A DNA stretch of 20,000 nucleotides, taken from the IMG/VR virus record IMGVR_UViG_3300034102_001587, positions 116,292 through 136,291 of that record, one strand, 5' to 3'. The notes under the pieces were generated by a model. That model made no database searches. It saw nothing but the letters and a program-made list of their open reading frames with translations, and was not told the origin of the DNA. Positions within the stretch are counted from its first letter, which is position 1, and each line of letters starts with the position of its first letter. Positions 8,954 to 16,769 of the stretch are shown here, piece by piece. Made by a program: the position numbers and the translations under genes. This stretch comes from an uncultured virus (IMG/VR IMGVR_UViG_3300034102_001587). Taxonomy: Duplodnaviria; Heunggongvirae; Uroviricota; Caudoviricetes.

Positions 8954-9635
8954 ATCGGACAAAGATAATCTTTATTATCTAGCTCCTATTCCAGTTCTTC
9001 GTAAAGAATACGATGATAAACAATTGCATGATTCGGTCTATGTTTATGGTTATAATAAATTAAACAAAACAGAAAAGAAAATGGGGCAGGAATTGCCTGA
9101 AAGATATGATGAACAAAGGCAGGCAACATATGAAACAAACGATAATAGTGATATGTGGGTTGAAGATACTGAATTTAATCCAATAGGTAGTAGATTTCAT
9201 ACACCACCAAATAATTTTTTGGATGATGAAAACGAAGGTGTAAAAATAATCAGAAAAAGAATTGAAGATAGTTTTTTTGAACTTTTAGATTCTCTGGAAA
9301 TACCGCACAATCATCAATGTAAAATAACCGAAAGTTGGATACAATATTATGACCCATATGAGGGTAGGGGACACAACCAACATAATCACTGCCGTTGGAA
9401 ATCCGATGAAGAACCTAAAGTTGGGTTTAGTGGTGGATATTATCTAAGTGATGGTGAACCGCTAAAAGACCACCCATACAGCGGAGCATTTTGTTTTCAC
9501 CTAAGAGGTATGTCACATTTTGTAAGACCTAAACAAGGAATGTTAATGTTATGGCCAAATGATATAGTTCATTCGGTAAAACCTTTTTATGGTAAAAAAC
9601 ACCGATGTGTAATTAATTTTAATTTGGAAATCTAA
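8928..9635 (+). CDS. 2OG-Fe(II) oxygenase (2OG-FeII_Oxy_5 / TIGR02466-like)
   Basis: SWIQYY, HNQHNH, FSGGYY, PKQGMLMLWP..IVHSVKPF and RCVINFN fit this double-stranded beta-helix family. Confidence 0.85.
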   Translation: MNFKQPLIKSDKDNLYYLAPIPVLRKEYDDKQLHDSVYVYGYNKLNKTEKKMGQELPERYDEQRQATYETNDNSDMWVEDTEFNPIGSRFHTPPNNFLDDENEGVKIIRKRIEDSFFELLDSLEIPHNHQCKITESWIQYYDPYEGRGHNQHNHCRWKSDEEPKVGFSGGYYLSDGEPLKDHPYSGAFCFHLRGMSHFVRPKQGMLMLWPNDIVHSVKPFYGKKHRCVINFNLEI

Positions 9636-9654
9636 ATATTTTTTCTTATATTTG
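9623..9654 (+). promoter_or_regulatory. Bacteroidota-type housekeeping promoter for the tmRNA
   Basis: TTTG (9623-9626), 20-nt spacer, TATATTTG (9647-9654); matches the -33/-7 consensus TTTG-N19-21-TAnnTTTG. Confidence 0.8.
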
Positions 9655-9667
9655 TATTTATTGATAT

Positions 9668-10057
9668 GGGGATGTTTTGGAATTGATTGCGATGCGAAAC
9701 ATAGTATCACACGTAGTGGGAAGGTTCTCAAACCACTTAAATCTCGGAATCAAACAATAAATGACGTAGAATTATCTACTTGGACCTTCGATGACGTTAT
9801 GGCATTCGTAGGTGCTGATTACGCTGTAGCAGCCTAATCCCTTCCGCATCACTCGTGGAATTTAAATAGAAGTGAACAAAAGAGAGGATTACAGATCGCC
9901 TCTTAAAATCCGGACCTGTTGGTGGTAGCGCTGAACTAACCATTCGGCCCCAATTATTTTGGAAGGTGAATAAGATTAAACCTTATCCTAAACGTGTGAA
10001 AAGCTGGTATTGTGGTTACTTCGTAAGACACCGGTTCGAGTCCGGTCATCTCCACCA
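9668..10057 (+). ncRNA. ssrA: tmRNA, one-piece, 390 nt
   Basis: Acceptor stem GGGGATG/CATCTCC with G3.U alanine determinant, then ACCA. T-arm ACCGG-TTCGAGT-CCGGT. Helix 2 pairs such as CACACGT (9708-9714)/ACGTGTG (9992-9998). Tag frame 9763-9837 ends YAVAA*. Confidence 0.97.
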
Positions 10058-10058
10058 C

Positions 10059-10098
10059 AAAATCCCGAACTATTATTTGGTAGTTTGGGATTTTTTTT
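10059..10098 (+). terminator. Rho-independent terminator after the tmRNA
   Basis: AAAATCCCGAACTA / TAGTTTGGGATTTT stem (one G.U) running into a T8 tract. Confidence 0.85.
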
Positions 10099-10107
10099 GT
10101 ATATTTG
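10076..10107 (+). promoter_or_regulatory. Bacteroidota-type promoter for the polymerase gene
   Basis: TTTG (10076-10079), N20, TATATTTG (10100-10107); ATG at 10113. Confidence 0.75.
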
Positions 10108-10112
10108 TGGTA

Positions 10113-11393
10113 ATGAGAATTGTTGAGTCTATTGACGAATTAAACGAATTAAAGGTAAAGCTGGAAACTGAACCATCCATTTGGTATTCACTATGGGTAG
10201 ATAATGATAAGCACCCATGTAATACCCCTATATCGTTTATATTCGTAAGAACCCTAACGGACAGGTATATACTACCACATCAACACACAGACGCTCTATC
10301 ACTCTCTAATGAGCAAATAGAGGGACTGTTGAATACTGCCGGAGAAAAATGGGTATTCCAAAAGAAAAAGCTACTACAATCTTTTGTTACACTAAGGGAA
10401 GGACTGAATGACATTGACACCGCTTATTTCTTAAAGACAGGTGAAACAATAGACTATTCTCAACCACTACACCACTTAGTAGCTCCCCTTATTCATAGGG
10501 GTTACCGAGAAGATGTCATTCAATCCATTCCTATTCTTAAACTTGCGGAAGCAATAGAACCACAATTACTTAAACATACAAATCAAAAGAGTAAAACTTA
10601 TAATTGGTACAACGATACCTTCTTACCAACCCTTTCAGATATTGAACGATTTGGGATTCGGGTCGATAGGGAAAAATTTGTTGATAGATGGCCCCAAGCC
10701 TACAAACATCTCAAAGGTGATGTAGTGTACACCGAATACAATCCGTTCACTGTAACTGGTAGACCTTCGAATAGACATGCCGGTGTGAACTATGCCGCCC
10801 TAAACAAAACCGATGGTAGTAGAGATGTGTTCGTTTCTGATGGGATATTCCTACAAATGGATTACAACGCATATCACCCAAGACTAATCGGTAAATTGGT
10901 AGGATACCCTATGCCTGATGGAAACGTTCACCAATGGTTGGCTGAACAATATGGTTGTGGAATTGATGAGGCTAAAGGAGTAACATTCCGTCTTTTATAT
11001 GGTGGGATTGATGACGAATTTAGACAGATTCCGTACTTTGATAAGGTGGCAGATTTCATAGACCGATTTTGGGATGCGAGTGTTGAATGTAGTTGTATTA
11101 AGACACCAAACCGATTAATTCCATTGGATTGGGTTGAACAAGCAAACCCACAAAAAGTATTTAACTATCTACTTCAGGCATTTGAAACGGAAGTGAATGT
11201 TGAAAAGATGAGAAAGATATTAGATTTTATTAAGGGGACTGGGATTACATTAGACCTATATACCTATGACTCGTTTCTATTTGATGTACCTACCAATGTG
11301 GATAAGAGTTTGATTAAGGGTTTGAAAGAAATAATTGAAGAAGGTGGGTTTCCAATCAAAGCAAGTTGGGGAAAAACTTACGGAAACCTCTAA
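10113..11393 (+). CDS. Compact family A DNA polymerase-like protein (426 aa)
   Basis: TVTGRPSN, motif A LQMDYNAYHPR, motif B AKGVTFRLLYG, FNYLLQ, motif C YTYDS. Start moved to 10113 because the track start at 9966 lies inside the tmRNA. Confidence 0.85.
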   Translation: MRIVESIDELNELKVKLETEPSIWYSLWVDNDKHPCNTPISFIFVRTLTDRYILPHQHTDALSLSNEQIEGLLNTAGEKWVFQKKKLLQSFVTLREGLNDIDTAYFLKTGETIDYSQPLHHLVAPLIHRGYREDVIQSIPILKLAEAIEPQLLKHTNQKSKTYNWYNDTFLPTLSDIERFGIRVDREKFVDRWPQAYKHLKGDVVYTEYNPFTVTGRPSNRHAGVNYAALNKTDGSRDVFVSDGIFLQMDYNAYHPRLIGKLVGYPMPDGNVHQWLAEQYGCGIDEAKGVTFRLLYGGIDDEFRQIPYFDKVADFIDRFWDASVECSCIKTPNRLIPLDWVEQANPQKVFNYLLQAFETEVNVEKMRKILDFIKGTGITLDLYTYDSFLFDVPTNVDKSLIKGLKEIIEEGGFPIKASWGKTYGNL

Positions 11394-11398
11394 AGAAC

Positions 11399-11407
11399 AT
11401 ATTTATA
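11399..11407 (+). promoter_or_regulatory. ATATTTATA motif, candidate phage late promoter
   Basis: Identical 9-mer in four intergenic gaps (11399, 16301, 16755, 18521). Confidence 0.55.
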
Positions 11408-11431
11408 GTATATACAAAAATATGCTATAAT

Positions 11432-12040
11432 ATGAGAAAAATTACGTTCCTTTTATTGTTTTTAATTGTTTCCTTAACATCGTTTGGACAATTGGCTGAT
11501 GTGAGAGTGAAAAATGAAGTGTTTGATATACTTTATTCACAATCATTAGAACAACCTTTAGTGATTAAATATCGTTCTACAAACCGACCTACAAACGTTA
11601 ATAGAGGTCATATGGATTTCTATACTGAAAAGGGAATTAAAACATCCGATGGTGATGATTATAAAGGAAATGTTTACGATAAAGGACATGGAGCTCCTGC
11701 AGCAACATTTTCTGATAATGAAGTGAACTTAAAGCAAACATTCTCATATCTAAATTCAATAATGCAAAATCAATATCTTAATAGAGGTGAGTGGAGAATG
11801 TTGGAAGAACAAATCCGTAAATGGGATGATGTAGAACCAATCACCGTTTTAATAAAAACTTTCTTTGATACTCCGGTTAAAAGAGTACCAACTGGTGCAG
11901 CGATTCCATCACACTTACAAAAACACGTTTACTTTGAAAAACAAAAGAAATGGAAATGTTTTGTATTTCTAAATGAAAAGCCTAAGTTTTCTTGGGAAGA
12001 ATTAGAAATGATATGTGAAGCTGAAGACCACAAATTTTAA
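11432..12040 (+). CDS. DNA/RNA non-specific endonuclease (NucA-type His-Me finger) with signal peptide
   Basis: MRKITFLLLFLIVSLTSFGQ signal-like N-terminus; YDKGHGAPAA, TFSYLN and LNRGEWRMLE match the DRGH family. Confidence 0.88.
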   Translation: MRKITFLLLFLIVSLTSFGQLADVRVKNEVFDILYSQSLEQPLVIKYRSTNRPTNVNRGHMDFYTEKGIKTSDGDDYKGNVYDKGHGAPAATFSDNEVNLKQTFSYLNSIMQNQYLNRGEWRMLEEQIRKWDDVEPITVLIKTFFDTPVKRVPTGAAIPSHLQKHVYFEKQKKWKCFVFLNEKPKFSWEELEMICEAEDHKF

Positions 12041-15000
12041 TGAATATGAATTTATCTGAATTAATAAACGAAATACTATCCGAATGGGCATATAGAGTTG
12101 AAAATGGTATGCCTGACCCAAAGAACCCAACCCATATAAAGGAGTTGGGTATTGTACTTTCTGAAATGGGTCTATCTCATATTCAAAGTGACTTAGTAAA
12201 AAATCTTAACGAAGCGGAAGAAGGTGGATTCAAAAACCCAGCTCTTAATAAAAAAATTAATTATAAAAACACAAAGGGTGAGGATGCTGAAGGTATAGTT
12301 GGTAACCTTTTAAGATTACCAAAAGAACACCCTGGTAGACAAGCAGCAGAAAGAACTTTACCACCGGAAGGTTCTGAAGAAAGAGATGCACTTAATAAAG
12401 ATTTAGGTGGAGAAGGTCAACCAACAAAGCCGGCAGAACCAAAAGGTAAAGAAGGCGGTGAAGATAAGGGTGGTGGTGAAGAAGAAAAAATGAAGCAAGC
12501 ACAAGCTATGTTTGACCCTAAAGCAGACCCTGCTATGGCAGCTCGTATGGATAAGGAAAAAGAAGTTCAAGCTCAATTAGCAAAAGATGCAGAATCTGAT
12601 AAAGAAGCTGAAAGTCCAAAAGAAGAACCAAAAGCAGAAGCGGGATTCGAACCAATTCCAGCACAAGATGTAAAATCGGAAATTCCACAAGCTGACCCAG
12701 AAACATTTGGCGCAAGTTCGGATATACCTGATGGGGTAGATAAAGAAGATTTAAATAAATTCAATACCGATATTAGTAAAGTTCAGCAAATGGTTGCTGA
12801 TGCAAAGGCTAAGGGAGAGAAGGCACCAAATATTAACTTATGTGATGTGACTGTGCCTGGTACTAACTTATATTGTGATGATAATATGGGTATCCCACGT
12901 TCTGAGATGCCACAATTTAAAGGTACGGCTCAACCTGGTAGTAGAGCGGCTAATATGCCTGTTGATGCAAGCGGTGAGGTAGATACCGAACCTGTGTTTA
13001 GAGAAATGTTGAAAGAAAAAGGTATTAAGGTAACACAAACCGAAGTACCTGCTGATAAATTAAAAGCAACTCAATCGGAATTGGTTGGTGCTAAAGTAGT
13101 TGGTATGATGGGTGCGTTAGAAAAAGACCCTAACCACGAAAAGATTACAGCTCCAATTTATGTAAGTAGAGATGGATTTGTAATTGATGGACATCATCGT
13201 TGGGCAGCGGTAGCAGCTTATAATGCAAAATATCCTGAAAAGCAAATTCCAATGAAGGTTCAGGTGTTAGACCAAGATATTAAAGATGCAATTCCAATGG
13301 CAAATAAGTTTGCAGAAGATATGGGTATTGCGGCTAAAAAAGCAGATGCTAACAAAGAAACTGATGTAAAGCCGGCAGATGAAAAACCTAAAAAAGTTTC
13401 ATCATTCACAAAACTTACTGATAAGATTAAGAATAAAATTTCTAAGTGGCAAGAGGATGAAAAGGAATTTTTTGAAAAAGGATATTACAAAGCAGGAGCA
13501 GAACCAAGAAGAACTTTAGGTCAAGCTATTAAAGATAAAGCAAAGGGTGCATTAAAAGCAATTAAGAAAGGAGCTAAGCATGAAATTGAAGAATTCAAAG
13601 CTGCTGGAATGGGAGCTAAGAATTTCTTTAGTGGCAAACCTGTTAGTGAGCATGAGGCAAAGGCATTAAAAGCAGTGGGTATTAAAATAGCAACAACGGC
13701 TATATTCGGTGCCGCTATGGGTGGCTTATCATATGGAGCTGCTGGATTTGCTAAGCATGTTGCAATTGAATTTATACCACACGTTGTTGGTGAAACAATA
13801 TTGAAAGGTGCAGGAAGGGCAGCAATATTTGCCGATGCGGATGGTGAAGCGGAGATTGATGCAAATATGGAAAAGTTTATGGAAATGATTTCTAAGGGTA
13901 TTGAGGAAATGGATATAAGTGAGGAGCAAATGGAAGCAATGGTTGATTCCTATAATGAAAAGAAAGACAAAGGAGAAATAGATAATATGCAAAATCCAGA
14001 AATGAAAGAAGAAAACTTACAATTAGCAGATGAGTTAATGTTAGAAATGATTTATGGATTTATTGATGAAGCAAATCCAATTAATAAAACAATAGATGTA
14101 TTAGACCAAACAGTTAAAAACCCAGAAACTGGAAAAGATATTAAAGTATCATCAGCTCTAAAATATAAAGATGCTAAAAATAAAGGACAAATACAAGCTT
14201 ATCAATCGGCAATTAAATTGTTAAAAAAATCAGGTGTTAGTGATAAAGAATTGGGGGCGAAACCAAAACCAAAAGAAATTCCTGGTCAAGGTTTAGGATT
14301 TAGAAAAACTAAAGAAAAAGAATTAGAACCACAATCGCAAAAAACATCTTCTAAAGTTTCTTCTTTCAAAGATGCTTTTTTTAAAAATTCAAAACAAAAA
14401 GATGACTCTAAAAAAATGGCTATTATAGCTAAAAAAATAGAAGCATCTAATTCTCAATTGCAAAAAATTTCAAATCTTAGTGATAAAAAAGGATTAATTA
14501 AATTAGAAACTGCGCCTGGTAGTGGTAAGTTTGATTATATACCATTGAAAACCGCACAATTGGCAGTAAAAAAATTGTTAAGTGGGGAGCAACTTGGTGT
14601 AGATGATATTAAGGTATTAAATAAAACTACAAAAATAGTAACTAACCCTGAAAACGGAAGTAATAAATTATACTTTGCTAAAAAGCTTGTGGGTAGACAT
14701 CCTCAACAAGGATATGAAAGTGTGGAGATTTCTTCAGATAATACAGCTATGGGTGATTCTATTAGAGGTTTTGCTCTTTCTAGAAAATTAAATGTGGGTA
14801 AATCATCGGAAGGTGCAATTGGTAAGAAAGTATTCACACCATTGAAAATGTCATCGGCAATAAATCCATCTAAGCCAGAAACTATGGTTGATATTAAAAA
14901 AACAACCAATGGAGTAAACATAGCTGGTAAAGAAATGAAAAGACTAAAAGATTTGGATGAAAAGCAACTAACACAAATCTTAATAAAAAGGGGAGTTAAT

Positions 15001-16272
15001 CCAGAAGAGGCTAAGAAAAAAGCAAATATTTTACATTTACAAACTAGAGCTTATAATCAAAAATTAGATGATTTGGCTAGAATTGGTGATGCATCTGGTG
15101 GTAAAATATCTATGGCAAATTTTGGTGATGTAACAACACCACAAACTAGAAAAAAGACAGCATCAACTATATTAGATGGTATTACCAAAAGGTTTGAAAC
15201 CGAATTGGATAATTTTGGTAAAACATTTGGTAAAGAAAATTTAAAAGGTACACCTGAAAATAAAAAAGTATTTGATACTTTAAATAAATTAAAAGTTCTT
15301 AATTCTAAAGCATCTTTAGAAACTGATGAAAAAACAAGAACTTTATATAAAGAATCTTTAGACCAATTACTTTTAGATATGGCAAATGCGCCTGATTTTA
15401 AAGATTCTGTGGCAGATTTTGCAGAAATGAAAGCCGGATTACAATTCTTAGCAGAGGGTAAACAAGTTTATTTCCCAGCATCTGAAAACTTCCAAACAGC
15501 TGATATTATAGTAATGCCGGATGAATTTAGTGTTAAGCCTAAGAAGGGACAAACAGTAGAAGAATCAATAGCTGAAAATCTTCAATTCTATGCTGTAACC
15601 GTAACGTATGTTGGTGGGCTGAGTGTTAAATACAAAGGTGGTGGTGGTTCTGCCAACTATTCAAAAATAACACAAACTGAATATAGAAATCCTAAAACTA
15701 AAGATGTTTTGTTGGGTATGCAAGATGTTTATTCTTTGGCGTATCCAAAAGATAAAAATAATCAATTAAACATTAAAGATTCTGATATAAAAGCCGCAGA
15801 TAAAAAAATAAACGAAGCTATGGCTTACGCTATAAAATCGGGAATTATTACAAAGCAAGATGCGGAATTAATTAAAAAAATTGGACAAGGTCAAGCGGCA
15901 AATACATTAAAAGGTGGATTAAAAGATATAGCTAGATGTAAAGGGGCTAATAGAGCTAATTTTGAAAAAGCAACCGTGTTACACCATACTATGATGCACC
16001 TTACAGCCGTTATTAATAATAAAGATGTAGCATATACTAGATTTAGTAATTTTAATGAAGAAGTTTCTCAAAATAAAGATGGTGTTGCAACTAGAATTAC
16101 CGATGATATAGCAGATGGTGTAAATAAACCTTGTTATATGAATCCACACCACAACCCAGGATTTGGTACAGCTGTAGATGAAAAGACGGGATGTGTGACT
16201 GGAGCACCAACAAATCAGAATCCATCGCATATTGAATCCGAGCCACCAAAGAATTTATTAAAATCAAAATAA
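12040..16272 (+). CDS. 1410-aa multidomain protein, probably virion-internal, with a ParB/Srx-like domain and a possible PD-(D/E)xK-like C-terminal domain
   Basis: LKATQ...PIYVSRDGFVIDGHHRWAA (ParB/Srx-like); Gly/Ala hydrophobic segment; FAE...YFPASENFQTADII...LSVK; TAATG coupling to the nuclease gene. Confidence 0.65.
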   Translation: MNMNLSELINEILSEWAYRVENGMPDPKNPTHIKELGIVLSEMGLSHIQSDLVKNLNEAEEGGFKNPALNKKINYKNTKGEDAEGIVGNLLRLPKEHPGRQAAERTLPPEGSEERDALNKDLGGEGQPTKPAEPKGKEGGEDKGGGEEEKMKQAQAMFDPKADPAMAARMDKEKEVQAQLAKDAESDKEAESPKEEPKAEAGFEPIPAQDVKSEIPQADPETFGASSDIPDGVDKEDLNKFNTDISKVQQMVADAKAKGEKAPNINLCDVTVPGTNLYCDDNMGIPRSEMPQFKGTAQPGSRAANMPVDASGEVDTEPVFREMLKEKGIKVTQTEVPADKLKATQSELVGAKVVGMMGALEKDPNHEKITAPIYVSRDGFVIDGHHRWAAVAAYNAKYPEKQIPMKVQVLDQDIKDAIPMANKFAEDMGIAAKKADANKETDVKPADEKPKKVSSFTKLTDKIKNKISKWQEDEKEFFEKGYYKAGAEPRRTLGQAIKDKAKGALKAIKKGAKHEIEEFKAAGMGAKNFFSGKPVSEHEAKALKAVGIKIATTAIFGAAMGGLSYGAAGFAKHVAIEFIPHVVGETILKGAGRAAIFADADGEAEIDANMEKFMEMISKGIEEMDISEEQMEAMVDSYNEKKDKGEIDNMQNPEMKEENLQLADELMLEMIYGFIDEANPINKTIDVLDQTVKNPETGKDIKVSSALKYKDAKNKGQIQAYQSAIKLLKKSGVSDKELGAKPKPKEIPGQGLGFRKTKEKELEPQSQKTSSKVSSFKDAFFKNSKQKDDSKKMAIIAKKIEASNSQLQKISNLSDKKGLIKLETAPGSGKFDYIPLKTAQLAVKKLLSGEQLGVDDIKVLNKTTKIVTNPENGSNKLYFAKKLVGRHPQQGYESVEISSDNTAMGDSIRGFALSRKLNVGKSSEGAIGKKVFTPLKMSSAINPSKPETMVDIKKTTNGVNIAGKEMKRLKDLDEKQLTQILIKRGVNPEEAKKKANILHLQTRAYNQKLDDLARIGDASGGKISMANFGDVTTPQTRKKTASTILDGITKRFETELDNFGKTFGKENLKGTPENKKVFDTLNKLKVLNSKASLETDEKTRTLYKESLDQLLLDMANAPDFKDSVADFAEMKAGLQFLAEGKQVYFPASENFQTADIIVMPDEFSVKPKKGQTVEESIAENLQFYAVTVTYVGGLSVKYKGGGGSANYSKITQTEYRNPKTKDVLLGMQDVYSLAYPKDKNNQLNIKDSDIKAADKKINEAMAYAIKSGIITKQDAELIKKIGQGQAANTLKGGLKDIARCKGANRANFEKATVLHHTMMHLTAVINNKDVAYTRFSNFNEEVSQNKDGVATRITDDIADGVNKPCYMNPHHNPGFGTAVDEKTGCVTGAPTNQNPSHIESEPPKNLLKSK

Positions 16273-16284
16273 CTGAAAATATCC

Positions 16285-16344
16285 TTTCATCCGTTTTTTC
16301 ATATTTATAGATGATATAAAAGAAAAAGGAAAAAGAGGATGAAA
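16285..16344 (+). promoter_or_regulatory. Start-codon-sequestering hairpin with ATATTTATA (16301-16309) in its loop
   Basis: 16285-16300 pairs with 16329-16344 over 16 positions (one G.U, one mismatch) and covers ATG 16339. Confidence 0.6.
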
Positions 16345-16755
16345 ACACAGTTATTATGTACGTTTACAACAAAAGGTGAGTTACAAAATACATTACAATT
16401 AATTAGAGAAACTTACCACATTGTTTATAATTACATTTATATTCTCCAAAATAAGGCGAATTTAGATGAGTTATTCATCACGTACAATATTGATACAGCT
16501 TTCCAACCCGATACCCCGTTGGAAAACACTATTTTAATACATAGAAAGAAAGAATCTAATACATTATATACTATCAACGCCCTAAACGAATTGGTAAAAG
16601 AAGAAAATGGTGGCGTGTTAGATAATTCATTTGTCATCAATTGGCAGAAATTTAAGAATTCAATCATATTAACAAATGCCGAAGGAACTAAGAAAATTCA
16701 GACAAGAGTTTTTGAAGTAATTGACTTCGGTGAGGGTGAAAATAAACAGCAGTAA
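16339..16755 (+). CDS. Hypothetical phage protein (138 aa)
   Basis: Clean ORF (MKTQLLCTF...HRKKESNTLYTINALN); no function recognised. Confidence 0.75.
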   Translation: MKTQLLCTFTTKGELQNTLQLIRETYHIVYNYIYILQNKANLDELFITYNIDTAFQPDTPLENTILIHRKKESNTLYTINALNELVKEENGGVLDNSFVINWQKFKNSIILTNAEGTKKIQTRVFEVIDFGEGENKQQ

Positions 16756-16769
16756 TATTTATAATTACT

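Noticed and set aside
9652..9837. 61-aa + strand ORF
   Set aside because: Lies within the tmRNA; only its last 24 codons are meaningful, as the tag frame.
10021..10057. Stand-alone tRNA suggested by the T-arm and CCA
   Set aside because: The acceptor strand pairs with 9668-9674 and there is no anticodon arm; it is the tmRNA tRNA-like domain.
9966..10112. N-terminal extension of the polymerase in the ORF track
   Set aside because: Overlaps the tmRNA 3' end, its terminator and a promoter; ATG 10113 is the better start.
11366..11431. Upstream start of the nuclease
   Set aside because: Overlaps the polymerase end and the regulatory motif; the signal peptide begins at 11432.
13030..13320. ParABS partition system
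   Set aside because: The ParB-like domain is embedded in a large protein, with no HTH, ParA or parS-like palindromes noticed.
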